A stretch of DNA of 64,000 nucleotides from Myxococcota bacterium (GCA_041389495.1 JAWKRT010000004.1:165262-229261); one strand, 5' to 3'. Counted from the stretch's first letter, positions 20,783-32,176 are shown. Numbers and translations are program-made. Notes: generated by a model from the letters alone, not told the origin.

Positions 20783-22012
20783 ATGCGCATCTACCTCGAT
20801 CACAACGCGACGACGCCGCTGCGACCCGCCGCGCGCGAGGCGATGGTCGCCGTGCTCGACGGCGTGTTCGGCAACCCGTCGAGCACGCACGCCGATGGGG
20901 CCGCCGCGCGCCGCGTCGTCGAGGACGCGCGCGAGCAGGTGGCGTCGCTCGTCGGCGCCGCGCCGCGCGAGGTGACGTTCACGGCCGGTGCGACCGAGGC
21001 CAACAACACCGTGCTGGCCTCGCTGCGGGACGGCTCGCTGCCGTGGCGGCGGCTCGTGACGACGCGCGCGGAGCACCCGTCGGTCCGCGAGCCCGCGCTC
21101 GCGCTCGCGCGCGCGGGCCTCGACGTCGCCTGGCTCGACGTCGACCGCGACGGGCGTCTCGATCTCGCCCAGCTCGACGCCGCGCTCGCCGCGGGCCCGC
21201 CCGCGCTCGTGAGCGTGATCGCGGCGAACAACGAGACGGGCGTCGTCGCGCCGATCGACGCGATCGCCGAGCGCGTCCGCGCGGCGGGCGCCTTCCTGCA
21301 CACCGACGTGACGCAGGCGCTCGGGAAGATCCCGGTGCGCGCGCTCGCGGCGGGCGCGCACTGGCTCTCCGCGTCCGCGCACAAGCTCGGCGGTCCGAAG
21401 GGCACGGGCTGTCTCGTCGCGCGCGAGGGGCTCGGGCTGCCCGCGCTGCTGCAGGGCGGGCCGCAGGAGCGGCGCGCGCGCGGCGGCACCGAGAACGTCG
21501 CGGGCATCGCGGGCTTCGGCGCGGCGTGCGCCGAGGCGGAGCGCGCGCTTCCCGAGCGCGCGCTCCGCGACGCGGCGCTGCGCGACCGGCTGTGGAGCGG
21601 CCTTCGCGCGCGCCTCGAACGCATCGCGTGGAACGGCGCTCCCGATGGAGACGGAAGGGCGCCCGCGGCCCACGCCCTCCTTCCGAACACGCTCTCGCTC
21701 GAGATCGAGGGCGCGGCGGCGGACGTGCTGCTCGAGGCGCTCGACCTCGAGGGCATCGCGGTCTCGACGGGCGCGGCCTGCCACTCGGGTGCGATCGAGC
21801 CCTCGCACGTGCTGCTCGCGATGGGGCGCTCGCCCGAGCGCGCGCGCTCGACGCTTCGCCTGTCGGTCGGCGAGGGCAACGACGAAGCGCAGATCGACCG
21901 CGCGATCGCGACCATCGCGGCGCTCGCCGCGCGCGCGCGCGCGGCGCTCGGCGGAGAGCTCGGTGCGGCGCCGGGCGGCGCGCGCGCCCGCGCGGCGGGT
22001 GCGCGCGCGTGA
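20783..22012 (+). CDS. Cysteine desulfurase (NifS/IscS class)
   Basis: IYLDHNATTP, PLP-lysine motif SAHKLGGPKG, catalytic-Cys loop STGAACHSG. Start taken at the internal ATG at 20783 of tracked ORF 20729..22012. Confidence 0.9.
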   Translation: MRIYLDHNATTPLRPAAREAMVAVLDGVFGNPSSTHADGAAARRVVEDAREQVASLVGAAPREVTFTAGATEANNTVLASLRDGSLPWRRLVTTRAEHPSVREPALALARAGLDVAWLDVDRDGRLDLAQLDAALAAGPPALVSVIAANNETGVVAPIDAIAERVRAAGAFLHTDVTQALGKIPVRALAAGAHWLSASAHKLGGPKGTGCLVAREGLGLPALLQGGPQERRARGGTENVAGIAGFGAACAEAERALPERALRDAALRDRLWSGLRARLERIAWNGAPDGDGRAPAAHALLPNTLSLEIEGAAADVLLEALDLEGIAVSTGAACHSGAIEPSHVLLAMGRSPERARSTLRLSVGEGNDEAQIDRAIATIAALAARARAALGGELGAAPGGARARAAGARA

Positions 22013-23097
22013 GCGCCGCCGCGGAGCGCGTCGTCGTCGCGATGTCGGGCGGCGTCGACTCGTCGGTCGCCGCGGCGCTCGTCGCCGCGACGGGCGTCGA
22101 GACGGTCGGCATCACGCTCCGGCTCGCGGCCGGCGACTCGCGCTGCTGCTCGCTCGACGACGCCGACGACGCGCGCCGCGTCGCCGACCGCCTCGGCATC
22201 CGCTTCTTCGTCGCGAGCTATGCGGAGCGCTTCCGGGCCGAGGTCGTCGAGCCGTTCGCGGACGCGTACCTCGCGGGCGAGACGCCGATCCCGTGCGTCG
22301 CGTGCAACAAGCGCTTCAAGTTCGACTACCTGGTCGAGCGGGCCGCCGCGCTCGGCGCCGCGCGGGTCGCGACGGGGCACTACGCGCGCATCGCGCGCGA
22401 CGCCGCGACGGGCCGCTTCCGGCTCCTGCGCGCGCGCCATCTCGCGAAGGACCAGAGCTACTTCCTCTTCCAGCTCGGCCAGCGCGAGCTCGCGCGCGCC
22501 GTCTTCCCGCTCGGCGAGCTCGCGAAGGAGGAAGTGCGCGCGCAGGCGCGCGCGCTCGGGCTCGCGACGGCCGAGAAGCCCGAGAGCCAGGAGATCTGCT
22601 TCGTCCCGGACGGCGACTACGCGGCCGCGGTCGCGCGCATCCGTCCCGACGCGGCGGCCGCCGCGGGAGGCGAGATCGTCGACGCCGCCGGCCGCGCGCT
22701 CGGGCGGCACGACGGCGTCCACCGCTTCACGGTCGGACAGCGCAGGGGCCTCGGCGTCGCGGCGGCGCGACCGCTGTACGTCACGCGCATCGACGCCGCG
22801 CGCCGGCGCGTCGTGGTCGGCGAGCGCGAGGCCCTCGCGGTGCACGAGGCGCGCGTGCGCGACGTGCACTGGGTGGCCGGCACGCCGCCCGCGGCGCCCG
22901 TGCGCGCGCGCGTCCACGTCCGCTACCGGCACGCCGGAGCGATGGCGAAGGTCGAGTCGCTCCCGGGAGGCGAGGCGCGCGTCGCCTTCGACGAGCCGGT
23001 GACCGCGATCGCTCCGGGCCAGGCGGCGGTCTTCTACGACGGCGACGAGGTGCTCGGCGGCGGCTGGCTCGCGGCCGCGGACCCGGGGCGCGCGTGA
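22009..23097 (+). CDS. mnmA: tRNA-specific 2-thiouridylase
   Basis: The GTG overlaps the upstream stop (GTGA). PP-loop AMSGGVDSSV, catalytic PIPCVACN, KDQSYFL, QEICFV. Confidence 0.92.
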   Translation: MSAAAERVVVAMSGGVDSSVAAALVAATGVETVGITLRLAAGDSRCCSLDDADDARRVADRLGIRFFVASYAERFRAEVVEPFADAYLAGETPIPCVACNKRFKFDYLVERAAALGAARVATGHYARIARDAATGRFRLLRARHLAKDQSYFLFQLGQRELARAVFPLGELAKEEVRAQARALGLATAEKPESQEICFVPDGDYAAAVARIRPDAAAAAGGEIVDAAGRALGRHDGVHRFTVGQRRGLGVAAARPLYVTRIDAARRRVVVGEREALAVHEARVRDVHWVAGTPPAAPVRARVHVRYRHAGAMAKVESLPGGEARVAFDEPVTAIAPGQAAVFYDGDEVLGGGWLAAADPGRA

Positions 23098-23903
23098 GCG
23101 CCGACCGCGCGGCGACGCTCGACGCGTTCGAGGCCCGGCTCGGCTACGCGTTCCGCGATCGCGCGCGGCTCGAGACGGCGCTGCGCCACGCGTCGCGCTC
23201 GTTCGAGCTCGAGGGCGCCGAGAGCAACGAGCGGCTCGAGTTCCTGGGCGATGCGGTCGTCGGGCTCGTCGTCGCGCACCGGCTGTTCGCGGCGCATCCG
23301 ACGTGGGGGGAGGGCGAGCTCACGCGCGCGACGCACGCGCTCGTCGACGAACGCGCCCACGCGCGGCTCGCGGCCGCGCTCGGCATCGCGGACGTCGTCG
23401 AGCTCGGCGCGACGGTGCGCGCGAGCGCCGCGTCCACGCGCTCCGCGCGGCGCGCTTCGTCCGAGCGGGAGGGCGGCGAGGCCGCGCCCGCGGACGGGAC
23501 GGCGATGCGGCGCATCCTCGCGAACGCGCTCGAGGCCGTGCTCGGCGCGATGTATCTCGACGGCGGGCTCGAGCCGGTGTTCCGCGTCGTCGATCGCGCG
23601 TTCGCCTCGGCCTTCGCGCCCGGCGCGAGCCCGCCGCCGCGCGACCCGAAGACCGCGCTGCAGGAGACGACGATGGCGCGTTTCGGGGCGCTGCCTCGCT
23701 ATGCGCTCGTCGGCGACTCGCTGGTCGAGGGCGGGGACGATCGGTTCGCGGTCGAGGTCGAGCTGCCGGGCGGCGAGCGCGCTGCGGGCGTCGGCCGCTC
23801 GAAGCGCCTGGCCGAGCGCGCGGCGGCGCGTGCCGCGCTGGCGCGGCTCGCGCAGGCCCCGGATGTCGACGCCGAGGGCGACGGATCGAGGGGCGACGCG
23901 TGA
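23094..23903 (+). CDS. rnc: Ribonuclease III (variant: insertion and Asn at a catalytic Asp position)
   Basis: The GTG overlaps the mnmA stop. Signature NERLEFLGDAVV is intact. The second catalytic block reads ILANALEAVLGAMYLD (usual ILADxxEA). dsRBD at the C-terminus (DPKTALQE...GRSKRLAERAAA). Confidence 0.88.
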   Translation: MSADRAATLDAFEARLGYAFRDRARLETALRHASRSFELEGAESNERLEFLGDAVVGLVVAHRLFAAHPTWGEGELTRATHALVDERAHARLAAALGIADVVELGATVRASAASTRSARRASSEREGGEAAPADGTAMRRILANALEAVLGAMYLDGGLEPVFRVVDRAFASAFAPGASPPPRDPKTALQETTMARFGALPRYALVGDSLVEGGDDRFAVEVELPGGERAAGVGRSKRLAERAAARAALARLAQAPDVDAEGDGSRGDA

Positions 23904-24790
23904 CCGAGCCGGCCGAGCACCGCGCCGGCGTCGTCGCGCTCCTCGGCCCGCCGAACGCGGGCAAGTCGACGCTGCTGAACGCGCTCGTCGGACAGAAGCT
24001 CGCGATCGTGACGGCGAAGCCGCAGACGACGCGCAGCCGCATCCTCGGCATCCACCGCGCGCGGGGCGGCCAGATCGCGCTCGTGGACACGCCCGGGCTG
24101 CACGAGAGCGGCAAGCGCCTCAACGCCGCGTTGAACGCGGCCGTCGACGAGGCCGCGCGCGGTGCCGACCTCGCGCTCGTCCTCGTCGATCGCACGCGAG
24201 GCTGGACGCGCGCGCACGACGCGGTCGCCGCGCTCGTGCGCGACGCCGGCGTGCCGGCGATCGTGGTCGGGACGAAGAGCGACCTCCCGCGGCGGCCGTC
24301 CCCCGACGTCTGGCCGCCCGCGTCGGAGCTCGCCGCGGTCGCGTGCCTCGAGATCTCGGCGGCGACGGGCGCGGGGCTCGACGCGCTCGAGCACGCGATG
24401 CTGGCGCGTCTCCCGGTCTCGCCGCCGCTGTTCGGGGAGGACGAGCTGACGGACCGACCGCTGCGCTGGCTCGCCGGCGAGCTCGTGCGCGAGGTGCTGT
24501 TCGAGGAGCTCGGCCAGGAGCTGCCGTACGAGATCGCGACCGAGGTCGTCGAGTACGACGAGTCGCGGCCCGAGCGCGTGCACATCCGCGCGAACCTGCT
24601 CGTGGCGCGCAGCTCGCAGAAGCGGATCGTGGTCGGCACGGGCGGCGCGCAGATCAAGCGCATCGGGACGCGCGCGCGCGCGCAGATCGAGGAGCTCGTC
24701 GGGAGCCGCGTCCATCTGGAGCTCTGGGTGAAGGTCGATCCGCGCTGGCTCAAGAGCGCGAAGCGGCTCGAGGAGCTCGGCTACGGCTGA
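23900..24790 (+). CDS. era: GTPase Era
   Basis: The GTG overlaps the rnc stop. G1 GPPNAGKST, G2 TTR, G3 DTPG, G4 TKSD, and a KH domain at the C-terminus. Confidence 0.93.
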   Translation: MTEPAEHRAGVVALLGPPNAGKSTLLNALVGQKLAIVTAKPQTTRSRILGIHRARGGQIALVDTPGLHESGKRLNAALNAAVDEAARGADLALVLVDRTRGWTRAHDAVAALVRDAGVPAIVVGTKSDLPRRPSPDVWPPASELAAVACLEISAATGAGLDALEHAMLARLPVSPPLFGEDELTDRPLRWLAGELVREVLFEELGQELPYEIATEVVEYDESRPERVHIRANLLVARSSQKRIVVGTGGAQIKRIGTRARAQIEELVGSRVHLELWVKVDPRWLKSAKRLEELGYG

Positions 24791-24823
24791 GCGCGGCGCG
24801 CGGGTCGTGACGCGCACCCGCAC

Positions 24824-24847
24824 CTTACGTAAGCTGGCAAGGTTGCC
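24824..24847. promoter_or_regulatory. Two adjacent palindromes (CTTACGTAAG and GGCAA-GG-TTGCC); candidate operator upstream of the MerR-icmF operon
   Basis: Perfect 10-bp palindrome at 24824-24833 and 5-bp inverted arms at 24836-24847, located 67-90 nt upstream of the MerR ATG (24914). MerR-family proteins bind dyads within their own promoters. Confidence 0.35.
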
Positions 24848-24913
24848 GATCGGCCCCGTGGCCCGCGCCGCATCGCGCGCGGCGGCGGGTTCCCGATCCA
24901 CGGAGGGACGGCC

Positions 24914-25363
24914 ATGGCGCGTTCGAGTGCGCGGGTGCTGGCGGCACCGACCGGCGCCGCGGCGTCGCCCGCCGACCTCGAGATCGGCGGCGTGTGCGAG
25001 CACACGGGGCTCTCGGCGCGCACCGTCCGGTACTACGAGGAGCTCGGGCTCCTGCCCGGCGTGCGCCGCCGCACCGGCGGCCGGCGGGTGTACGGGCCCG
25101 ACGAGCTCGAGCGGCTCGGCTTCATCCAGCGACTCAAGCGGCTCGGTCTGAGCCTCGCGGAGATCAAGGAGCTCAACCGCGTCTACGCGCTCGGCGGCTC
25201 GACGCTCGCGATGCTCGAGCGCCTCGACGGCGTGCTCGGCGCGCGCGCGGCCGAGGTCGCGGCGCAGATCGCGGAGCTCGAGACCCTCCGCGACGACCTG
25301 CTCCGCTACCGGCGCCACGTGCGACGGCGCGTGGGCGCGCTCGGCAAGGGAGCGGCGCGATGA
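24914..25363 (+). CDS. MerR-family transcriptional regulator
   Basis: [27 protein letters not shown] followed by a coiled-coil dimerisation helix. Its stop overlaps the icmF ATG (ATGA). Confidence 0.85.
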   Translation: MARSSARVLAAPTGAAASPADLEIGGVCEHTGLSARTVRYYEELGLLPGVRRRTGGRRVYGPDELERLGFIQRLKRLGLSLAEIKELNRVYALGGSTLAMLERLDGVLGARAAEVAAQIAELETLRDDLLRYRRHVRRRVGALGKGAAR

Positions 25364-28300
25364 CGGCGGGGGCGGCGAAGCTCGACGCGTCGCCCGGCGC
25401 GATGCGCACCGGCGGCCCGGTGCGCGTCGTGACGGCGGCGTCGCTGTTCGACGGACACGACGCCGCCATCCACATCATGCGGCGCATCCTCCAGCAGCAG
25501 GGCGCCGAGGTCGTGCACCTCGGTCACGATCGCTCGGTCGACGAGATCGTCGACACGGCGATCCAGGAGGACGCGCACGCGATCGCCGTCTCGTCCTACC
25601 AGGGCGGCCACGTCGAGTTCTTCCGCTTCATGATCGACCGGCTCCGCGAGCGCGGAGCCGAGCACGTCCGCGTCTACGGCGGGGGCGGCGGGACGATCCT
25701 CCCCGAGGAGATCCGCGCGCTCGAGGCGTACGGCGTGGCGCGCCTCTTCAGCCCCGAGGACGGTCGCGCGCTCGGCCTCGAGGGCATGATCCGCGCGATC
25801 CTCGACGAGTGCGCGGCCGCGCCGCGACCCGCGCTGCGGGTCGATCGCGCGGCCGTGGCCGCCGGCGAGCCCGACGCGATCGCGCGCGCGATCAGCTGGC
25901 TCGAGGAGCAGGGGCAGAGCGAGGCGCCCAGCGTGGATCTCGCGGCGGAGCGCGAGGCCCTCGGCGCGCTCGCCGCACCCGGCTCCGTGGTCGTGGGCTT
26001 CACGGGGACGGGCGGTGCGGGGAAGTCGAGCGTCGTCGACGAGCTCGTGCGACGGCTTCGCACCGACGCGCCCGACCTCCGCATCGGCCTGCTCCTCGTC
26101 GATCCGACCCGGCGGCGCAGCGGCGGCGCGCTGCTCGGCGATCGCATCCGCATGAACGCGATCCACGCGCCCGGCATCTACGCGCGCTCGCTCGCGACGC
26201 GGCGTGCGCACGCGGCGCTCGCGGGCGCGGTGCGCGACGCGGTCGGCGTGCTGCGCGCCGCTCGCTTCGACGTGGTCTTCGTCGAGACCGCGGGCATCGG
26301 GCAGAGCGACTCCGAGATCGTCGACCTCGTCGACGTGTCGCTCTACGTGATGACGCCCGAGTACGGCGCGCCCTCGCAGCTCGAGAAGATCGACATGCTC
26401 GAGCTCGCGGACGTCGTCGTCCTGAACAAGTCCGATCGGCAGGGCGGAGCGGACGCCCTGCGCGACGTGCGCAAGCAGTGGCGCCGCAACCACGTGCGCT
26501 TCGACGCGCCCGACGACGCGATCCCGGTGTATCCGACGGTGGCGCGGCGTTGGAACGACCCGGGCGTCGACCGCCTGCACGCCGCGCTGCGCGAGGCGCT
26601 CGCCGCCCGTGGCGTCGGCGCCCTGCGCCCCGCGATCGAGCGCGCGGCGCAGGGCGCGGCGGAGCGGAGCGACGCCGACGTGTCGAGCGCGTCGTCGATG
26701 ATCCCGGCGGCGCGAAGGCGCTACCTGGCCGACATCGCCGACACCGTGCGCGGCTACCACGCGCGGACGCGGGCGGAGGGCGCGCTCGCACGCGACGCAC
26801 AGGCGCTCGAACGCGCGGTCGAGCTCGTCGGTGGCGGCGCGGAAGGCGGCGCGGCGGCCCGCGTCGCGCTCGCGGCCGCGCGCGACGCGGCGCGCGAACG
26901 GCTCGACCCCGCGGTGCGCGCGGCCCTCGAGGCCTGGCCGGCGACGCGCGCGCGCTACGAGGCCGAGGAGCAGGAGTACGCGGTGCGCGACCGCGCGATC
27001 GCGGTGCGCAACCGGGTCGAGACGCTGTCGCGCACGCCGCTCCCGCGCGTCGCGCTCCCGCCCACGCAGGACGCAGGCGAGCTCGTCCGCTTCCTCCGCG
27101 GCGAGAACCTGCCCGGTCACTTCCCGTACACGGCCGGCGTCTTCCCGTTCAAGCGCGCCGAGGAGGATCCGGCGCGCATGTTCGCGGGCGAGGGCGCGCC
27201 CGAGCGAACGAACCGGCGCTTCCACTTCGTCGCCCGCGGGCAGCGCGCCGCGCGCCTGTCGACGGCGTTCGACAGCGTGACGCTCTACGGCCGCGACCCG
27301 GACGAGCGGCCCGATGTGTACGGCAAGGTCGGGAACTCGGGCGTCTCGGTCTGCACGCTCGACTGCGCGAAGAAGCTCTACTCGGGCTTCGACCTGTGCG
27401 CGCCGAGCACGTCCGTCTCGATGACGATCAACGGGCCGGCGCCGACGATCCTCGCCTTCTTCCTGAACGCGGCCGTCGACCAGCAGGTGGAGAAGCACCT
27501 GCGCGAGCGCGGCGAGCTCGAGCGCGCGGTGGCGAGCGCGGCGAAGGGAGCGGCGCTCCCGGTCTACCGCGGCGCGCTCCCGGACGGGCACGACGGGCTC
27601 GGGCTCGGGCTGCTCGGCGTGACGGGCGACGAGGTCGTCGACGCCGCCACCTACGCGCGCATCCGCGCCGACGTCCTCGCGCGCGTGCGCGGCACGGTGC
27701 AGGCCGACATCCTCAAGGAGGACCAGGCCCAGAACACCTGCATCTTCTCGACCGACTTCTCGCTCGGCGTCATGGCCGACATCCAGGAGTCGTTCGTGCG
27801 CAACGGCGTGCGGAACTTCTACTCGGTCTCGATCAGCGGCTACCACATCGCCGAGGCCGGAGCGAACCCGATCACGCAGCTCGCATTCACGCTCGCGAAC
27901 GGCTTCACGTACCTCGAGTCGTACCTCGCGCGCGGGATGCGCGTCGACGACTTCGCGCCGAGCTTCAGCTTCTTCTTCAGCAACGGGCTCGACGCCGAGT
28001 ACAACGTGATCGGTCGCGTGGCGCGGCGCATCTGGGCGATCGCGCTGCGCGAGCGGTACGGCGCGTCCGAGCGCAGCCAGATGCTCAAGTACCACATCCA
28101 GACGTCGGGGCGTTCGCTGCACGCGCAGGAGATGGCGTTCAACGACATCCGCACCACGCTGCAGGCGCTCACCGCCCTCCAGGACAACTGCAACAGCCTG
28201 CACACGAACGCCTACGACGAGGCCGTGACGACACCGACCGAGGAGTCGGTGCGGCGCGCGCTCGCCATCCAGCTCGTGATCGACCGCGAGCTCGGCGTCT

Positions 28301-28791
28301 CGCGCATCGAGAACGCGACGCAGGGAGCCTACGCGGTCGAGTGGCTGACCGACGCCGTCGAGCGCGCCGTGCTCGAGGAGTTCGACCGGCTGGCGGAGCG
28401 CGGCGGCGTGCTCGGCGCGATGGAGACGCAGTACCAGCGCTCGAAGATCCAGGAGGAGAGCCTCGAGTACGAGGCGCGCAAGCACAGCGGCGAGCTCCCG
28501 ATCATCGGCGTGAACACCTTCGAGAACCCGGACGCCGAGCAGGCGAGCGCGCGCCCGCGCGAGCTCATGCGTTCGACGCGCGAGGAACGCGACGCGCAGC
28601 TCGCCCACCTGCGCGCGACCCACGCGCGCCACGCCGGCCGCGCGGAGGCCGCGCTCGCGCGGCTCCAGGACGTGGCGCGGCGCGGCGGCAACGTCTTCGA
28701 CGAGCTGCTCGAGACGGCGAAGGTCGCGAGCCTCGGGCAGATCAGCGACGCGCTCTTCGAGGTCGGGGGGCGCTACCGGCGCTCGATGTGA
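25360..28791 (+). CDS. icmF: Fused isobutyryl-CoA mutase IcmF (B12-binding domain + MeaB-like G domain + mutase barrel)
   Basis: 1143 aa. N-terminal [19 protein letters not shown] (B12 domain). Central P-loop GTGGAGKSS with NKSD. C-terminal acyl-CoA mutase barrel ([19 protein letters not shown]...). Confidence 0.88.
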   Translation: MTAGAAKLDASPGAMRTGGPVRVVTAASLFDGHDAAIHIMRRILQQQGAEVVHLGHDRSVDEIVDTAIQEDAHAIAVSSYQGGHVEFFRFMIDRLRERGAEHVRVYGGGGGTILPEEIRALEAYGVARLFSPEDGRALGLEGMIRAILDECAAAPRPALRVDRAAVAAGEPDAIARAISWLEEQGQSEAPSVDLAAEREALGALAAPGSVVVGFTGTGGAGKSSVVDELVRRLRTDAPDLRIGLLLVDPTRRRSGGALLGDRIRMNAIHAPGIYARSLATRRAHAALAGAVRDAVGVLRAARFDVVFVETAGIGQSDSEIVDLVDVSLYVMTPEYGAPSQLEKIDMLELADVVVLNKSDRQGGADALRDVRKQWRRNHVRFDAPDDAIPVYPTVARRWNDPGVDRLHAALREALAARGVGALRPAIERAAQGAAERSDADVSSASSMIPAARRRYLADIADTVRGYHARTRAEGALARDAQALERAVELVGGGAEGGAAARVALAAARDAARERLDPAVRAALEAWPATRARYEAEEQEYAVRDRAIAVRNRVETLSRTPLPRVALPPTQDAGELVRFLRGENLPGHFPYTAGVFPFKRAEEDPARMFAGEGAPERTNRRFHFVARGQRAARLSTAFDSVTLYGRDPDERPDVYGKVGNSGVSVCTLDCAKKLYSGFDLCAPSTSVSMTINGPAPTILAFFLNAAVDQQVEKHLRERGELERAVASAAKGAALPVYRGALPDGHDGLGLGLLGVTGDEVVDAATYARIRADVLARVRGTVQADILKEDQAQNTCIFSTDFSLGVMADIQESFVRNGVRNFYSVSISGYHIAEAGANPITQLAFTLANGFTYLESYLARGMRVDDFAPSFSFFFSNGLDAEYNVIGRVARRIWAIALRERYGASERSQMLKYHIQTSGRSLHAQEMAFNDIRTTLQALTALQDNCNSLHTNAYDEAVTTPTEESVRRALAIQLVIDRELGVSRIENATQGAYAVEWLTDAVERAVLEEFDRLAERGGVLGAMETQYQRSKIQEESLEYEARKHSGELPIIGVNTFENPDAEQASARPRELMRSTREERDAQLAHLRATHARHAGRAEAALARLQDVARRGGNVFDELLETAKVASLGQISDALFEVGGRYRRSM

Positions 28792-28802
28792 GGCGGGCTT
28801 CG

Positions 28803-28825
28803 GCGCGGCGCGCGGCTAGACTGCG
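28803..28825 (+). repeat. Copy B of the 23-nt exact repeat GCGCGGCGCGCGGCTAGACTGCG (TAGACT box)
   Basis: Identical to 1282-1304. Lies in the icmF-mcm spacer, about 100 nt upstream of the mcm ATG. Confidence 0.6.
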
Positions 28826-28928
28826 CCCGCCCTGGAGGCCCGGCCCCGGGAGCCGACGGCCCGCCGAGCGCGGCGCCCGCACCGAGAGCGGAGGCGCGGC
28901 GCGCGAGGCACACCGAGGAGAAGGAACG

Positions 28929-31073
28929 ATGAGCGCGATGCGCGCGGATCTCGAGACGTGGAAGGAGCTCGCGGCGAAGGAGCTCCGCGGCAAGGCCGCC
29001 GACGAGCTCGTCTGGACGAGCCCCGACGGCATCCGCATCAAGGCGCTGTACACCGCCGCCGACCTCGAAGGTCTCGAGACGATCGACACCATTCCGGGCC
29101 TCTTCCCGTTCCTGCGCGGCCCGCGCGCGACGATGTACGCGAACCGGCCGTGGACGCTGCGCCAGTACGCCGGCTTCTCGACCGCCGAGGAGTCGAACGC
29201 GTTCTACAAGGCGAACCTCGCGGGCGGACAGCAGGGCCTCTCGGTCGCCTTCGACCTCGCGACCCACCGCGGCTACGACAGCGACCACCCGCGCGTCGTC
29301 GGCGACGTCGGCAAGGCGGGCGTCGCGATCGACTCCGTCGAGGACATGAAGATCCTCTTCGACGGCATCCCGCTCCAGGACGTGACCGTGTCGATGACGA
29401 TGAACGGCGCCGTGCTGCCCGTGCTCGCGTGCTTCGTCGTCGCGGGCGAGGAGCAGGGCGTCCCGCAGGAGCGCCTCGCCGGGACCATCCAGAACGACAT
29501 CCTCAAGGAGTTCATGGTCCGCAACACGTACATCTATCCGCCCGAGCCGAGCATGCGGATCGTGGCCGACATCATCGCGCACACGGCCGTGCACATGCCG
29601 AAGTTCAACTCGATCTCGATCAGCGGCTACCACATGCAGGAGGCGGGCGCGACGACGGTCCAGGAGCTCGCCTACACGATCGCCGACGGGCTCGAGTACG
29701 TGCGCGCCGCCACCGCGAAGGGGCTCGACGTCGACGCCTTCGCGGGCCGGCTCTCGTTCTTCTGGTGCATCGGGATGAACTTCTATCTCGAGATCGCCAA
29801 GATGCGGGCCGCGCGGCGGCTGTGGGCCGAGGAGATGAAGGCGCTCGGCGCGAAGAAGCCCGGCTCGATGATGCTGCGCACGCACTGCCAGACGTCGGGC
29901 GCGTCGCTCACCGAGCAGGACCCGATGAACAACGTCGTGCGCACGACGATCGAGGCGATGGCCGCGGTCTTCGGCGGTACCCAGTCGCTGCACACGAACG
30001 GCTACGACGAGGCGGTGAGCCTGCCGACCGACACGGCCGCTCGCGTCGCGCGCAACACGCAGCTGATCCTCCAGGAGGAGTCGGGCATCCCGGCGGTCGT
30101 CGACCCGTGGGGCGGCTCGTACTTCATGGAGAACCTCACCGAGACGGTCTACCGCGAGGCGCGCAAGGTGCTCGCGGAGGTCGAGTCGGCCGGCGGGATG
30201 ACCAAGGCGATCGTGCAGGGCATCCCGAAGCTGCGCATCGAGGAGGCGGCGACGCGGCGGCAGGCGCGCATCGACAGCGGCGACGACGTGATCGTCGGCG
30301 TCAACAAGTACCGGCTCGCGAAGGAAGACGCGATCGAGATCCGCGACATCGACAACACGGCCGTGCGCGAGGCGCAGGTCGCGCGTCTCGAGCGGATCCG
30401 CGCGTCGCGCGACGGCGCGGCCGTCGAGCGTGCGCTCGCGCGCCTCGAGGAGCTCGCGCGCTCCGGCGAGGGCAACCTGCTCGCCGCGGCGATCGACGCC
30501 GCGCGCGTGCGCGCGACCGTGGGCGAGATCTCGGCCGCGCTCGAGACCGTCTACACGCGACACCGCGCCGAGGTGCGGTCGATCTCGGGCGTGTACAGCA
30601 AGGCGTACCAGGGCGACGGCGACTTCGAGCGCGTGCGCGCGGACGTCGCGGCCTTCGCCGCCGAGGAGGGCCGGCAGCCGCGCATGCTCGTCGTGAAGCT
30701 CGGCCAGGACGGACACGACCGCGGCATGAAGGTGATCGCGACCGCCTTCGCCGACACGGGCTTCGACGTCGACATCGGGCCGCTCTTCCAGACGCCGGCC
30801 GAGGCCGCGCGCATGGCGGTCGACAACGACGTGCACGTCGTCGGCGTGTCGAGCCAGGCGGCCGGGCACAAGACGCTCGTGCCGCTGCTCGTCGAGGAGC
30901 TTCGCAAGGCCGGTGCGAGCGACGTCGCGGTCGTCGTCGGCGGGGTGATCCCGCCGTCCGACTACGAGTTCCTGCGTGCGAACGGGGCCGCCGCGGTGTT
31001 CGGGCCGGGCACGCCCATTCCGAAGGCGGCGGGCGAGGTGCTCGCGGTGCTGCGTCGCCGGCGAGCGGCGTGA
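28929..31073 (+). CDS. mcm: Methylmalonyl-CoA mutase, single-chain (catalytic barrel + B12-binding domain)
   Basis: ATG after [36 protein letters not shown], and C-terminal LGQDGHDRG (DxHxxG B12 motif). 714 aa. Confidence 0.93.
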   Translation: MSAMRADLETWKELAAKELRGKAADELVWTSPDGIRIKALYTAADLEGLETIDTIPGLFPFLRGPRATMYANRPWTLRQYAGFSTAEESNAFYKANLAGGQQGLSVAFDLATHRGYDSDHPRVVGDVGKAGVAIDSVEDMKILFDGIPLQDVTVSMTMNGAVLPVLACFVVAGEEQGVPQERLAGTIQNDILKEFMVRNTYIYPPEPSMRIVADIIAHTAVHMPKFNSISISGYHMQEAGATTVQELAYTIADGLEYVRAATAKGLDVDAFAGRLSFFWCIGMNFYLEIAKMRAARRLWAEEMKALGAKKPGSMMLRTHCQTSGASLTEQDPMNNVVRTTIEAMAAVFGGTQSLHTNGYDEAVSLPTDTAARVARNTQLILQEESGIPAVVDPWGGSYFMENLTETVYREARKVLAEVESAGGMTKAIVQGIPKLRIEEAATRRQARIDSGDDVIVGVNKYRLAKEDAIEIRDIDNTAVREAQVARLERIRASRDGAAVERALARLEELARSGEGNLLAAAIDAARVRATVGEISAALETVYTRHRAEVRSISGVYSKAYQGDGDFERVRADVAAFAAEEGRQPRMLVVKLGQDGHDRGMKVIATAFADTGFDVDIGPLFQTPAEAARMAVDNDVHVVGVSSQAAGHKTLVPLLVEELRKAGASDVAVVVGGVIPPSDYEFLRANGAAAVFGPGTPIPKAAGEVLAVLRRRRAA

Positions 31074-32062
31074 CCGACGCGCGCGCGCGGGACGAGGTCG
31101 GCGACCTCTGTGCGCGCGTGCGCGCCGGCGAGCGCCGCGCGCTCGCCCACGTGATCACGCTGCTCGAGAGCACGCGCGCCGACCTCTCCGCGCTCGGTCA
31201 GCGCGTGCTCGAGGCGCTCGTGCCGCACACGGGCGGGGCCGTCCGGCTCGGCGTCACGGGGCCGCCGGGCGTCGGGAAGAGCACGTTCATCGAGGCGCTC
31301 GGGCTCGCGCTCGTCGAGAAGGGCCATCGCGTGGCGGTGCTCGCCGTCGATCCGACGAGCCCCGTGTCGGGCGGCAGCATCCTCGGAGACAAGACGCGCA
31401 TGGAACGCCTCGCCCTGTCGGAGCGCGCGTTCATCCGGCCGTCGCCGTCGAGCGGCTCGCTCGGCGGCGTCGCGCAGCGCACGCGCGAGGCGCTGCTCGC
31501 CTGCGAGGCGGCGGGCTACGACGTCGTCGTGGTCGAGACGGTGGGGATCGGGCAGTCCGAGGTCGCGGTCGCGTCGATGGTCGACTTCTTCCTCGTGCTG
31601 CTGCTGCCGGGCGGCGGCGACGAGCTGCAGGGCATCAAGAAGGGCGTGATCGAGCTCGCGGACGCCGTCGTCGTCAACAAGGCCGACGGCGACACGGCCG
31701 CCGTCGCCGAGAAGACGCGCGCGGAGTACGACGGCGCGCTCTCGCTCGTGCGAAGCGCGTCCGCGGCGTGGCGGCCCGTGGCCCTCTCGGCGAGTGCGCT
31801 CGAGGGGCGCGGGATCGACGCCGTCTGGAGCACGGTTCTCGACCACCGCGCCCGCCTCTCGGCGACCGGCGAGCTCGCGGCGCGCCGCCGCGACCAGGCG
31901 CGTTCGTGGATGTGGTCGCTCGTCGAGGAGGCGCTCCGGCGGCGCTTCCGCAGCGACCCCGAGGTGGCTCGGGCGATTCCCGGGCTCGAGCGCGCCGTCG
32001 AGCGGCAGGAGACGACGCCGGCCGCCGCCGCACGCGCGCTGCTCGCCGCCTTCGGGCACTGA
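31070..32062 (+). CDS. meaB: Methylmalonyl-CoA mutase-associated G3E GTPase MeaB/ArgK
   Basis: The GTG overlaps the mcm stop (GTGA). P-loop [24 protein letters not shown]. Confidence 0.92.
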   Translation: MTDARARDEVGDLCARVRAGERRALAHVITLLESTRADLSALGQRVLEALVPHTGGAVRLGVTGPPGVGKSTFIEALGLALVEKGHRVAVLAVDPTSPVSGGSILGDKTRMERLALSERAFIRPSPSSGSLGGVAQRTREALLACEAAGYDVVVVETVGIGQSEVAVASMVDFFLVLLLPGGGDELQGIKKGVIELADAVVVNKADGDTAAVAEKTRAEYDGALSLVRSASAAWRPVALSASALEGRGIDAVWSTVLDHRARLSATGELAARRRDQARSWMWSLVEEALRRRFRSDPEVARAIPGLERAVERQETTPAAAARALLAAFGH

Positions 32063-32176
32063 GCGGCGAACGCGGGCCGCGCGTCCCGCAATCCGGCCTT
32101 CACCGCGCCGGCGCGGCGGCCGATGGGGGAGCGGCCGGCGGTGCGCTGCCGGGTCGATCCGCGCGCGAGGCTGCCG

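Noticed and set aside
24835-24848. Sigma54 promoter suggested by TGGCAAGGTTGCC.
   Set aside because: GG and GC are separated by 7 nt, not the required 10 (TGGCAC-N5-TTGC). The sequence is better explained as an inverted repeat.
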